Assembly: GCA_976551045.1 (NCBI GenBank)
Contig: CDPCPM010000033.1
Span: 12,834,001-12,898,000, forward strand
DNA: 64,000 nt
Direction: 5' to 3'
Source of the DNA: Glaucostegus cemiculus
Lineage: Eukaryota
A program made the translations under genes and the position numbers. Position 1 is the stretch's first letter; each line of letters opens with the position of its first letter. Below the pieces are notes generated by a model. It did no database searches, was not told the DNA's origin, and was given only the letters and a program-made list of their open reading frames with translations. Shown piece by piece: positions 12,856-26,200 of this stretch.

Positions 12856-15496
12856 TTGCAAAATCAAACAGGGCAAAGCATGAATGGTGATAGAATCCAA
12901 TTCCAAATTTATATTGCTCCCAGAGTTCATGGTTGGGTTTGTATTCAAAAGGCAAACTACAGTTTGACCATTGCACAAAATTACTCAGATTTAGGGCAGG
13001 ATTTCATGTATTGGACTCGCAAGATTTTTCACTGGCCTCTGACCAGTGTTAAGATAATGGTTGAACACTGCTGATAAAATACTCTTCGTTAAAATCTGAG
13101 CAATGACGTAAGGAACTGCTGAACCCTGTTTTTAAGTTTAGAGTTTGATATTTGTTGTCAGGACTTTGTGCCAGCTGTTTTACATACCAGCTAAAACCCA
13201 CCTTTTTGAGTGTAGGACTACACTAGTAAATATTTGGGTTAAAATATTGTTTTGTTTATCAGGGACATCTGCATTTTTGTCCTAAGAATAACTGAATGAT
13301 ATTAATAACTCAGAGCAGCTTTTTAAGCAGTAGTAAACTAGTGAGTTTTAATTAATAACTGAATTACTTCCCTGTGCAACCCAGGGGCAGAAAAAAAATG
13401 TTTCTGGCTTAGCCAGTACATCTGCTGTATTTGCAACTAGGCTCAGGCTTTGTTCTTCATGTGGTTAAGCACTTAACTGTAAATTAGTAAAGCCTATCCA
13501 TTGCGTAACTTCAGCAGGAGATACACTGGCCTTCCCCTTACAATGGGCAGGGTGAGGTTAAATCCTAAGAGAATGTGATCCCCGCTCTGTATACATAGCT
13601 GCCATTTTTTTTTACAGAGGCAAGGAAAGTATCTTGAAAATTTGGAAATACCCATTCACGAAGATGCAGGACATTTCTTTAACGTGATCAAGCTACCATA
13701 GTGGTTGCAGTGATTTTTCTTTAGAATATATGGAGGTCAGTAAAGCTTGTTGGGATAAGGCCAAATGACCAGAAGTTGAAGTATGCATTTGTTTTTATTC
13801 TGGGTTTTCCTTGAGTCAGGAAGAACCTGGTAAATCTTTGCCTCAGCACTTGCACCAAATGTTGTGTCGTTCCTGACAGCTTTGGATGTGAAACCAATCT
13901 TCATATTAAAATGAAGTTCGGCTGTTTAAAATTACTTGGACCAGAATTTCTGGTGCACTACCAATGCTTTTGTCAAAATCTCTGAGTACCCTGTATGAAG
14001 CTCGTGATCAAATCAATTAAACATAATCTTGTGAAAAGTTTTATTGTGGATGAACTAATGACCATTATTAAATATCGCCATGCGGCTCTTTGTTTTGGAA
14101 TACAGTTCTAAAGTGAGGCATGAAGGTGGGTACATGTACACCCACAAAAACAGTTTCAAACAAGCTATTACCCTTGGGACATTCTCAATAGCACTAGCAC
14201 AGTGTGCTACAGTTATTTATTTATTCAGGCACTGTACTTTACTGGTGATGTAATTTATTGTTCATTCCTAATTGCCTCAGAAATGGCATGACGTGGAATG
14301 GGGATTGCAATGTTGTGATTAGAAATTTAGCAGTGCAGTTTTGAACTGCGAAGAACAGAAGAGCTGTCTGTGGCATAAATCAACTAATGAAATTGTAATA
14401 TTGTTTGCAAATTGTTAATTTTAATAAGAATTGCATATTTCATAATTTAAGTACCTATGCAGTAAGAAATATCTTGTGAGGCACAAAATTATCATTATGC
14501 ATTATGTGCATGGAGATCCAAATAACACCTAAATGAAGGTACACAGTGCTTCATTGTTTCTTTCAGTTGCATGGTTGATTGAATTAGGATCCTGCGGCAA
14601 GATTAGATACAAGGAGGGTGCTCCCAGTTGTTGATCTGGTTAAATTTTGGTCGGTGGAAAATACTGAATTTCAGTGGTGATGATGCCATTTAATATCATG
14701 GGGAAATGGTTATACACTGTTGTTGGAAAGGTGAGCCATGTGCAAGCTGTATATCTATTATAAAGCAAACTTTTGAAATAATGGAATAGATGTGTTTTTT
14801 GAAAAGGGAAAGTGTCTTGTCTCTGTTTCTATTTGTACAATTAAGGTCACAAGGTTCTTAAAAGTGCACAATGCTGGATAATGATATTCTGCATATGATG
14901 TACTTCTGGTTTTGTTGACTGTGGCTCTGCTTTGATCTGACAGATTGAGCTGTATGTCTAAGTTCTGAGTCAGTTTCATGGTTTATCCATTGTTCTTTAA
15001 CTGCACAATACTTAATATTTGCCTTCATTGTGTTTCATTTAGCCTATTCATCTGACTCATGTTTTCTTTACCTGTTGGTAATGAGGTCCAGAATTTAAGT
15101 GATTAATGTAGATTAGAACAGTAGTGGGCTCAATGCTAAATCCATAGACAACAATACACTTCAGGTTACTTTGTCCCTGCCTCCTGCAACAGATGTGAAT
15201 TTCTTTCTAGCCAATACACTTGTCTTTTACACTTCAGTAAATTTCTAATCCATACTCATCTTTATCTCGAATATACATAGCTTTAATGAAAACATAAAAT
15301 GCTGGAGATACTCAGCAGGTCAGGCAGTATTTATACAGAGAGAAACAGAGTTAATGTTTCACCTTTCATCGGAACTTGATTGATTAGTAATTTTTCACAT
15401 GAATTCTGTAAAGTTCCTTTTGCAAACCTTAAGCATATAATTGCTCACATTAGGCCAGATCATTGTTGATTCCTGCATCTCTCTGCTGCTGCACTT

Positions 15497-15549
15497 GTCA
15501 TTTGTGGTTCCAGTCAAGCTCACGTCATTTGTGGTTCCAGTCAAGCTCA
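15497..15549. repeat. Perfect tandem duplication, 27-bp period
   Basis: gtcatttgtggttccagtcaagctca occurs at 15497 and at 15524. Confidence 0.9.
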
Positions 15550-15784
15550 AGGTCTCACTGCCTTGGCCGTCGTGCAAAGTGGAGGAAACCTCAAGTGCTG
15601 ACTAGGCTGTAGGCATTGGATCCTCAGACATTTTCACTTGAATACCTTGATAATCTTTTTGACATCTAACTACTATCAAAGGCCTTTGAACTGTTGTCCA
15701 ATCCCTATCTGATAATCAGACATTTAAAAACAGTTCTAATATAATTAAATAACAGTTTAAAAAAGGAAACAAACCAATGGCTTG

Positions 15785-16010
15785 GATATGATGAGATGGA
15801 CTCTTGACCTCACAAACTACCTTGTTATGACCTTGCACCTTATTGTCTACGTGCACTGCACTTCCTCTGTAGCTGTGACACTTTACTCTGTATTCTATTA
15901 TTATTTTTACCCTGTACCACCTCAATGCACTGTAATGAATTGATCTGTACGAATGCAAGACAAGTTTTTTCACTGTACCTCGGTACAAGTGACAATAATA
16001 AACCAATACC
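15785..16010 (+). mobile_element. Rex1/Babar LINE 3' UTR fragment
   Basis: Highly similar to the tail at 25960-26200, ending acaagtgacaataataaaccaatacc. Confidence 0.8.
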
Positions 16011-18081
16011 TCCTTATACCAGCCAAAAGTGAGGAGCCATTTGAAAAATGGGTATCATATGAATTAATACCATTTACTGGTCACTCCTGATGTCCATTGA
16101 TCCCTGCACATCATCATTGACTTAAAATCTCATTGGTAAATATCTTAACACACAGGGAATATAATTATCAACTAGCCCCTGGAATGTATTTATATGAAAA
16201 GTTTTCAGTTTCCTCTATTAGTTCCATCTAATATAAACAAATCTTCAATTATGCCTGATAGTTTTTTCCTTTGGCAAGCACTTGTTAATATTTCCTTTTG
16301 AGTACTTTGAAGAGGTAATTATTCAAAATATTTACGATCCTAAGGAAACTAAACTAGAAGCAATTATAATAATTTGGCATTGAAATGCATATTTACTTGT
16401 GCTGTTGACTTCTTTGGGAAGATTTGTTAAAATTTTAAGTCTGAAAAAGACTGTATAAACCTTTGAATTGTAACTCAATATTAATAATGTGTTGTATCTT
16501 ATACATATGGAATAACATTTTTAACTTGCATTGTGAAATGAACTTCTAATCCACTGCCAGTTTTGACAAATTATATTGCAGTAAAAATGGTCTAGTAAAC
16601 TATTTACTTCCCAAATAGATTCTCTCATTTGAAGCCCTGAAAATAATTAAATTTGGTATTAAATATGACTGACTTATTTCAATATTGTGTTTGAACCGAA
16701 TGTAGCACAGATTAATCATCAGTTTCATTAATTTTGCACACTCATTACTTATGTGGTGCTTCAATATTATATATTTTAATAATGACTACACTTAAATTAT
16801 TTTTGTAGGATATTCCAAAGCATTTGTATCCGAAGGTTATGAATGATGCAATAAAAATTCAGTTTTTTGTTTAAATGTGTTCCCCTCAAGTACAAAAGTC
16901 TTGCTTGATTGCAGTTAATTTCTCCATAATCGTTCACACATTTTAGAAAATTTTATGGTTATAAGTGGATCCAATTAGTCATACTGCAACTATACCATGG
17001 GGGCAAAATTGCATTTACTTCTGCAATATCTGTTCCCAGTTATTCCTGTAAAGAAAAAATAAATGTTCACATGATTTGGTAAAACAAGTGGATGTGAGTC
17101 AGACTACATTCTTCTTGTACAATAAAACACATTCAGGAAGTATAAATAATGTGTAGAACTCTATGTTAATACTAGAATTATTACAGATTTTAAATACTGC
17201 AATTTTCTATATTTTTGCATGTTTATTGATAATGGGATCATATCAGTAAGTTTCCTAAACCATTGCAAAAAGTTTTTATTAATGAATGCAAGTTATGTGC
17301 ACAATTTAGGTGGTTTAATTAAATTGTAATGTCAAACCATAAGAATATTCTCATCTGTAAACTACTTAGAAGAACATCTTACAAAATGAAATAAATAGTC
17401 AAAATAAGACCCATGGGATTCTTAAGCATCAAATACAACTTGGATTCAAATATTGGTTTTTCACAAATCTGTGCAAAACAGACAGCAGCTGACTGTTTTA
17501 TAATAGTGTGTACTTTAACATAACACATACTTCTGATGTTGTTTGGGAATAATAAGAGAGGATCAGGCCTCGAGTGAGTTAATAGTTTGCTTTTACTTGT
17601 ACAGGGAAAGTTCAGTCAGAACTGTAGAATGCAGAAGGAAACCAAAATGCCTTCGAGCTGATGAGTCACCATATGGGAAAGTTCTCATATATCCTGCACT
17701 CAATTTGTGATCGCATCTTGTAGAGGCAGCAATAATTTCATTTAGTTTCTCATTTTAATAACAAAACTGGGTTGTCAAGGCATTTGTTTTACCCCTTCAA
17801 AGTGCCAAACAAACATTTAAAATTTGCTAGTTTGACTCGGACGAAAATGAAATCCTGTCTCTAAAATAGCCATTACTTCCATAAGGCAATTCTGCCAACT
17901 TACTGTGAAATACTATTGTGCATAAATAGTAACATTATGGCTGTTAGAAAATGGGAAATTTAATTTCAGTTAGTTAAACAAATTGGAATTAAATCACTAG
18001 CATCAGTGATAGTGACCTACCAGAATTAGTAAAAAGTTATGTGGTTGACTAATGATCTACATGGGATGAAATGGTACAGAA

Positions 18082-18330
18082 AGGGCAGCATGGTAGTGTA
18101 GCGGTTAGTGTGATGCTACTACAGGGCCAGTGATCGGGGTTCAATTCCCATCGCTGTCTGTAAGGACTCTGTGCGTTCTCCCCATCTCTGTGTGGGTTTC
18201 CTCCAGGTGCCCTGCTTTCCTCCCACATTCCAAAGACGTATGGGTAAGTTAACATGGGTTTAAATGGGCGGCACAGACTTGTTAGGCAGGAAAGGCCTGT
18301 TACTGTGCTGTAAATAAAGTTTTTTTTAAG
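18082..18330 (+). mobile_element. V-SINE (HE1-like), CpG-decayed
   Basis: Same head, V-domain and tail as 10627-10873, with more transitions. Confidence 0.85.
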
Positions 18331-21300
18331 TTTATAAAATCAGTTTTCCTTACCCAATTTGACTCGGATGTGACTCCATACTTGTAGCAGTGCGGTCGAC
18401 CATCAACTAACTACTCAGTAGAATCAAAACTATTATAAACATCTGTTACAAGATAAAAATGGCCAGAGCACTCACCATTAGCTTGGGCAGTGGTTGTAAA
18501 GGCTCAGATAGCCTTGTTGACCTTGCAAAATCCTCCTCATTAGCACCTGGAGTCATGCCAAAATTGGAGAGTTGTAACATAGACCAGTATGCAACTTTCT
18601 GACAATCATATTCGCATTGTTCAATCAACATCCCATCACTATCTCAGAGTACGATCTTGCAGCAGGAACGACCTACCAGAAGTGAAGGTACAGTAGCATC
18701 CAGTCAGCAGAGAATGGTACTAGTAATCTTCAGCATTGACTTTGGGCTCAGTGAAGTCCCATGGCATCAGATCAAACATGGGCAAGAACAATTCCTGATT
18801 ATTTACTGTCTGCAGTCCTCCTGTGATGAGTCAATGTCCCTCCCTGTTAAACACTATTTGGATGAAGACTGGGAATAGCAAGGATACAGAATCAGCAAGG
18901 AGTAAGATGAGAGAGTACCTTTGAAATTCTTAACAATATGTTTTAGATGCTGAAGACACCAAGCGTGTTCAAGATTGAGACTGACAGATTTTTGGACACT
19001 AAGGGGATCATGTGTGGATCAGGCAAGAAAGTGGACATGAGGCACAGGATCAGGATGGCACAGCCGGTGTGATAGACCAGGCAGCAATGCCTGCTTTTTT
19101 TCCATGTTGTTAGAATGTATTTTGCCTGGAGCCTCTAATACTCCATCACTGAGTGTAGCTCAATAGGACGACAATGGTTGACTACTTCAGCCTCACAGCA
19201 ATGCTGCAGGATTTCGTCAAGTCAATCTTCTGAACCCAATCATCGTTAGGTGCTCTATCATGACTTGCCCTCCATCATAAGGTTAGAAGTGGGGATGATC
19301 AGTAATGCTAGCACAGTGTTCAATTCCATTCCCATTTCTTCAGTTACAAAGCAGCTTGTATGCAAAGAGATCTAAGTAACATTCAAGTATAGGCTGGTAA
19401 GTGCAAATGACAAATGTCAGGCAGTGACCACACTGAACAAGAAAGGGCCTAACCATTGTATCCTAACATTGAATGGCATTACCATCATCCCATATATTCA
19501 TTGTCCAGAAACTTACTGGACACGTCACATAAATAATATGGCTAAAAAGCATAGTGGAAGCTGGGTGTTCATGGCAAGCGGCTCACCTGACTCCCTCCAA
19601 AGCAGTTCCACTGTAAACAAATACAAATTAGAAGCATGATGGAATATTCTACCCATGTTTGAAAGAATGCAGTTTCAACAACGCTTAAGCAGCTTAATGA
19701 ATCCCAGACAAAGCAGCCCCTTCATAGGTACCCCATCCACTACTTTAACATTAACTTCATCCAATACTGAGACAATGTCTTCCTTAGTAAAGATTGATGT
19801 AAAATACTCATTTAGTATCTCTGTTGTGCTTTCTGCCTTCATGTGTAAATTTACTTTTTGGTTTCTGATTGGCCCCACTTCTCTTACAACTGTTTTTCTG
19901 TTTATATCCCAAAAGAAAACTTTTGCATTCTCTTTTGATATTCGCTGTTGGTCTTTTCTCATGCTCTCTTTTTATCTCTTGTTTCCTTTCTCAACTTTTG
20001 AAATTTCTTTAATCAGCCTAGTTTTTCACACTGCTCTCTCTTTTTAAAAGACACGCTAACGCACGTGCACACACACATACACACAGACTTCAAGTGATCT
20101 CACCATGAGAACATTGTCCTGGCTTTTTGAAGTACAGTCTGTCCAACCTGTATGCATTCTATCTCCCCAAGCACTGGTCATAATTCTCCTGTACTCTAAA
20201 GTAACTGCTTTATATATGGTCTCTTCAGCCACATGTTTACCTGTAATATCCTCCTATTTCTGTACTCCTGTATAGCCAAGTGAGCAATCCGACAATTACC
20301 AACTTTTGAGGTTCTCCTTTCTTGATCTTTTTTTCTCACTTAAAAGACATATGCAATATAAGAGTTTCTTCTAGCTGTCATTGCTACCAATTTGGATGAG
20401 AATCTCTGGCTGTTCATCCTTCCACTCCAGAATTTTCTGCAGCCCTTCTATGATATCTTTAAGCCCAGCATTCTGGAGGCCTTAATCCTGGAATCATGTC
20501 TGCAACTGCAGAAATACGTGTTTGTTTGTTTGTATATCTATTGCCCAGTTGACATTTCTCATCCCTCTCAAAAGTGCTGCACCACTTCTTCTAGTCTTGG
20601 ACCTCCCTTGACATTAGGGACCATAATTCCAGGACTCTGATTAGTGACAATATCCAAATTGTGTGTGACTTGGAGAACTGGTAAGTGTACGTATTGTTTG
20701 GTGTTACTGCTTTTATCCTTAATATTATTTATGATCGCTTGGCCAGGATGTTGCCTTGGTTACTCAGTATTCTTCCAGTCATATGTGGGGCTGAATAAGC
20801 AAATTGATGATGATGTTGCAGCTCAATCTTTCCATTTGCAGAATATTTAATTGCAATCCTTTCTTAGACTTGCACATTGAAAGACGGTGAGGCACTTAGC
20901 ACTGAATACAATATGGTCAAATGATCTATGATAACTCTCATCGATTCAAACCCCACACCACCCACCCACCCCACTGACCCTGCCAGGATCACCCTTCATA
21001 ATATTGATCTTGGGGGAGTCATAATGGTGTACTATCTTTTGGGGAATCAAGTTGGGCCTTTTTCTGTTGGAAAATTTGTTGAATAGGTATTAACCTATGA
21101 TCCAATTTACCATGAAAGAAAGAAGGCGTTATCTATTTGATGGGCCTACATGAGTAATGGAAAGAATTGGCATTTGCTTGGCTAATACTTATCCTCTAGA
21201 GCATGATGTAGTTCAAGTTTGTGCACAATATTTAGCAAACGCTTTAAAAAAAAATACAGTTAATGTTGTTAGATGCTCATATCTTGGAGAACGAATAAAT

Positions 21301-23219
21301 GCACAACCAGAATTAGAAGCAAGTAATTTTACAAAGTTTTAAGTATTTACAGAAACAGTGCCTGCACTTAAGCCTCCTGTCCACGTGATGAGTCATTTGC
21401 AGCTACAAGAATAGAATCCGTTATAGTTGCTCCTAAATGGACGGATGTGATTTTTTTTTTTGCAATTGGTGGTTTCACTGTTTTTCTTAGACTGCAATTT
21501 ATACTGACGTTTCTATTTGGATTTTGAAAACTTCACTCTGCTCCTGGTATTTTCTAAACTGATTTTGTTAGGCTCAATACAAAACTTGACATGAATAAAA
21601 ACCGAAAATGCTGGAAGTAGTCATCAGATCAGACTGAGTAGAAATCTGATTTAGTAATTGCCTTGAGATGTCAACTAATTTTAAATCAGTTTAGGGTGGA
21701 CCTACCAGTGGAAAATTGAGAAGTGAACAAGGCCCATGGTATCTCCTGTTAAGGAACAGGCTTCATACCCTCTAGGCCTTCGTTTTGAATGCCGTGCGAA
21801 GTCCAGACGGTCATTAAGAGAGGCCCATTGTTGTGGGGTGCAAGGATCAGGACCAAATATTGGGTGCTAGGACTGGGCTAGGAATCATCTGCTCATGGAT
21901 CACTGGGGTTGGGGGGTGGTTTGGATCAGTATTCAGGGAAAAAGTCAGGGAAAGTGAAACGAGATAAGCTTGGTAAGGGGAGAATGTGAATGCTTATAGA
22001 GCCATTGATAATCGTGACAGTGGAGGACGGTAGCTATTTTAATTATGAGAAGGGGCTTTCTTGGTAGTTAGGAGTAACCTTGGTAGGTGGAGGATTAAGG
22101 GGTTAGTGGTCAGGGTTAAGGGAGGGGAGATATGATCAGTAGTCATGTTGCCATATTAAGGACAAGTTGGGCGAGGTTTGCCATTTTCGGTGGGGTGGGG
22201 CACCCACCTTACAGTTTTGCATCTGAGTTAAATTCCAAGTGACAGTAGGATGTTCTGGAAAACTTCCACATTTGAAAATTATCTTTTCTTATGTGATGGC
22301 CTTGACAGGGTTCTGGGATCTGTGTTAGCCGCTCAGATTGAAGAATCATTACACACAAACTCTAAACAAGTATAAATAATTATTGTTAATGAGGCATGGT
22401 GACATGCTAGATTGTTTTGTTTTTCCGCATCCTTGGGCCCCAGCTCTCAATATCAATCCTGCAAAGCCTCCTTAGAATTTTAATGTTTTAATTAAATCTC
22501 TGCTCATTCTTCAAAACTCCAGTGAATATCAGCTCAATCTCTCTTCATATTGTCAACTCTTTCATTCAATGTGGCAATCTAATAAACATTCTCTGCACTG
22601 CCTCCAAAGAGAGTATATCCTTCCTTAAGTTTGAAGATCAAAATAGTACACGGTACTTTAGATGTCATCTCACCAGTGCACTTTGAAGTTGTATTAGAAT
22701 TTCCCTCTATTTATACTCTATACTACTTGCAATAAAGTCCAACAATCCATTAGCCTTTCTAATCACTTGCTGTATTTGCATGCTGACTCCTTGCATTTCA
22801 CACACTAGAATCCCAGATCCCTTTACCTGCTCCATTTAAAAAAAATGTTGCTGCTTCATCATTTTTCCCAGAGTGTATAACCTTTCACTTTCCCACATCA
22901 TACGCCCATCTGTCAATTCTTGCCCACTCACCTAACCCATATATGTCCCTTCGCAGGCCCTTTGTATCCTGCTCACCCACAATTTTTGTATTGTCAGCAA
23001 ATTTAGCTACAGTGCCCTCTGTCACTTCATTTTAGACTTGGATGTAGATTGTAAATAGTTGAAGCACCAGCACTGATCCTCATGCCAATTAGAAACTGAC
23101 CCCTTTTATGTCCATGCTGCTTTCTGTAGATCAATTGCCCAATCCCATGTTCTCTTGTGCAGTAACCATTTATGAGGCACCTCAGCAAATGCGATCTGGA
23201 AATCGAAATACGCTATGTC

Positions 23220-23592
23220 TTTCCTCCATCCTTTATTCCATGGTCCACTGCCCTCTCCTACCAGATTCCTGCTTCTTCGGCCCTTTGCCTCTTCTACCTA
23301 TCACCTCTCAGCTTATTACATCTTCTCCCCCCCCCCCCCCCTCACCTACCCTCTCCCCTGACCTGAACTCATCTATCACCTGATCTGATCTCTCCCTGCC
23401 TGTGTGTGTTCCTCCCCCTCCCCTTCTTATTCTGGCTTCTGCCTTCTTCCTTTCCAGTCCTGATGAAGGGTCTCAGTCCGAAACATTGACTATTTATTTC
23501 CCTCTATGGATGCTGCCTTACCTGCTGAGTTCCTCCAGCACTTTTTGTGTATTGCTCCACATTCCAGCATCTGCAGAAGTTTGTGTCTCTAC
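23220..23592 (+). mobile_element. Penelope-like element terminal fragment with a minimal hammerhead motif
   Basis: Pyrimidine-rich body, cagtcCTGATGAagggtctcagtccGAAAcattgact at 23455-23492, and terminus gatgctgcct.acctgctgagttcctccagca...ttccagcatctgcag. Confidence 0.7.
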
Positions 23593-24067
23593 ACTATGTC
23601 TTCTGGTTCCCCTTCATCCACCTTCTTTGTTATATTCTCAAAGAACTACAATCATTGGCACAGGTCTGAGATGAATTCAATTTGTATATTACTATGAAAA
23701 AAAGGAGAAAGGCTGCAACCAGCTGAATTTAGTTTAAAGGAACCAACAAACCTTAAACATATTTAATGTTTCTTATTAGTATATTTTGTACAGACAGATT
23801 GAGGTAGTGTTGGATTCTCATATCCTGGAATCCAAAATCTCATTTAGATTCCAAAGTGAACTCCAATAAAAGTGACTAAATAAATGAAATTAAGCAGTAC
23901 AGCTGGCCTTAATGTCTGCTAGCAGCAACACTGAATCTCAAACATAATGGACAAAGCCTTCCTCATGAGAACCATTCATGCTGCTTCATTTATAATGCAT
24001 ATTGTTGCTGAAATGTGAGCAATGCCATGAACATGTTAAAATACAGCAGTTGTTTGTTTCAAATTTG

Positions 24068-24245
24068 AAAGCAGATTTCAAATGTTCAAATATAAATGTT
24101 TGGATATGAGATGTCATCATTAATTTCTTCAATTAAGTGAGTTCCCTGTCAACCTCTTTCAAGAGCAGCCTTCAAAAGTTCAACTATAAACATGTTTGAG
24201 TATGAAATGTCATCACTAATTTCTTCAATTATGCATGTTCCTTGA
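24068..24245. repeat. Diverged tandem duplication (about 95-bp period) upstream of an ITGB5 exon
   Basis: Two copies of gcag..ttcaaa.gttcaa.tataaa..tgtttg..tatga.atgtcatca.taatttcttcaatta...gttcc.tg. Confidence 0.8.
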
Positions 24246-24390
24246 ATATCTGCATACCTTTTGGCCATGGATTATTCCAGTTCCTATGAGATCTGTCAAG
24301 TTTTATCAGATGTTCCCTTTATACATGTTTCTCCTAATAAGGCATTTATTATCTGTCGGAATATTTTACCAAAACTACTTTTGTTCACAG

Positions 24391-24613
24391 GTCATGGAGA
24401 ATGTCACTGTGGTGAATGCAAGTGCCATGCAGGCTGGGTTGGAGACAACTGTAACTGTTCAACAGAATTAGAGTCATGTCTCTCAGATGATGGACAGATT
24501 TGCAGCGGTCGAGGAAACTGTGTATGTGGTCAGTGTTCATGTACTGAACCTGGAGCTTTTGGGGATACCTGTGAAAAGTGCCCAACCTGCCCTGATGCCT
24601 GTGGCACAAAAAG
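24391..24613 (+). CDS. ITGB5: Integrin beta-5 internal coding exon (I-EGF domains; equivalent to human exon 11)
   Basis: Acceptor ttgttcacag|, donor AAAG|gtatgg, 223 nt, phase 1 to 2. Encodes (G)[73 protein letters not shown](R), closely matching human beta-5 [24 protein letters not shown]...[15 protein letters not shown] as recalled. Confidence 0.96.
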
Positions 24614-24994
24614 GTATGGATCAAATAGCATTCCAGAAAGGAGGCAGTTGATTTGGGATTCCACGTGTATTTCTTGAAACTAGTTTTGCTGGACATGGGT
24701 ACATTTAAAAATAATTAATATCCAAGAACTAAAAATAGCTTCATATTAATAAATGGCAGAATGAGGGCAAATGGCAAGAAATCCAGAGTAATTGTCTAGA
24801 AACAAGAATAACAGTTGGGAGTTCCAGCAGCAAATGGGCTGAGCAGGGACTCAGTAAGGGAAGCAAAGACAAAGTTACTCTTGTATTCATTTTGCACATT
24901 AAGGTAGAATTCAGTGTTTCATTAAGATGTGTTCTGCTTTTTATGTGTCGTGAAAAGCATAAAAAATAATTCTTTATTACTGTGTTTGTTGCAG

Positions 24995-25095
24995 GGAGTG
25001 CATAGAGTGTAGGCTGTTTAACTCTGGAAAACTGGCTGACAATCAGACCTGTCAAAAACTCTGCAAGGATGAGATCCTGACGGTAGATGTCCTTA
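24995..25095 (+). CDS. ITGB5: Integrin beta-5 coding exon (beta-tail domain start; equivalent to human exon 12)
   Basis: Acceptor tgtttgttgcag|, donor CTTA|gtaagt, 101 nt, phase 2 to 1. Encodes (R)[33 protein letters not shown]. Confidence 0.95.
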
Positions 25096-25619
25096 GTAAG
25101 TGAATCCTGTTCTAAAAGTAAAAATCGCTTGTAAATAATGAAACCTAAATCCGATGTTTATACACCATACTTCAACATTACACAAACTTTTGAAAATCCA
25201 AATTAGAATTTACCCTTGTTTGCTATTTCTTCCAGAGTCTAGAACTTCTAAAGGGGAGTCCAGCACACAGCCGTGACTCTATTACATCTTTAACACAGGT
25301 GAACCAGGATGAATCAGTTTTTGCATGACCATTCCAGCATTATTGGTGCAACCACCCTAGCATACATTTTTTCTTTTTTTTTGAACTAGGGCATAACATT
25401 TAAAAAGTTCCAGTTCTCTCACACCTCTCCTTGATCTATTGGATGTTTGGAAGAGTATGGCTAGGGCTCTGCAATTTGCTCCCTTATTTAAGATACACTT
25501 CATCTGGAGCAGATGATTTATCCACTTTACATTTGACGCGCTTTTCTGCAATATCCTCTTTATCCTTTTTTAAAGCCCAGCTCAGAATCTCAGCTACAGA
25601 AATTCGGCATGTCTTCTTT

Positions 25620-26200
25620 GACACTCACCGACTTTTACCGATGCACCATAAAAAGCATCCTATCTGGATGCATCACGGCTTGGTATGGTAACTGCTCTGC
25701 CCAGGACTGCAAGAAACTGCAGAGAGTTGTAGACACAGCCCAGCGCTCATGGAAACCAGCCTCCCCTCCATGGACTCTGTCTATACCTCTCACTGCCTTG
25801 GTGAAGCAGCCAACATAATCGAAGACCCCACCCACCTGGGTCATTCTCTCTTCTTCCTCTCCCATCAGGCAGAAGATACAGGAGCCTGAGGGCACATACC
25901 ATCAGGTTTAAGGGCAGCTTCTATCCCACAGTGATAAGACTATTGAACAGTTCCCTTATACATTGAGATGGACTCTTGAATCTACCTTGTTATGACTTTG
26001 CACCTTATTGTCTACCTGCAAGTGTCCTGTAGCTGTGACACTTTACTGTATTCTGTTATTTTTTTTAACCTGTACTACCTCAATGCACTCTGTACTAACT
26101 CAATGTATCTGTACTGTATAATGAATTGATCTGTACAAATGGTATGCAAGACAAGTTTTTCACTGTACCTCAGTACAAGTGACAATAATAAACCAATACC
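25620..26200 (+). mobile_element. Rex1/Babar LINE 3' fragment
   Basis: FYRCTIKSILSGCITAWYGNCSAQDCKKLQRVV (RT thumb region) plus 3' UTR ending aataataaaccaatacc. Confidence 0.9.

Noticed and set aside
15497-15549. CRISPR-like direct repeats
   Set aside because: Only two abutting copies, with no spacers and no cas genes, in a eukaryotic context.
1-24390. The preceding ITGB5 exon (ending ...CECDNFSC...LCS)
   Set aside because: Not seen in any frame. It is presumably upstream of the window.
24261-24677. 138-aa ORF as a standalone cysteine-rich gene
   Set aside because: Only 24391-24613 is real coding sequence (an ITGB5 exon). The flanks are intronic read-through.
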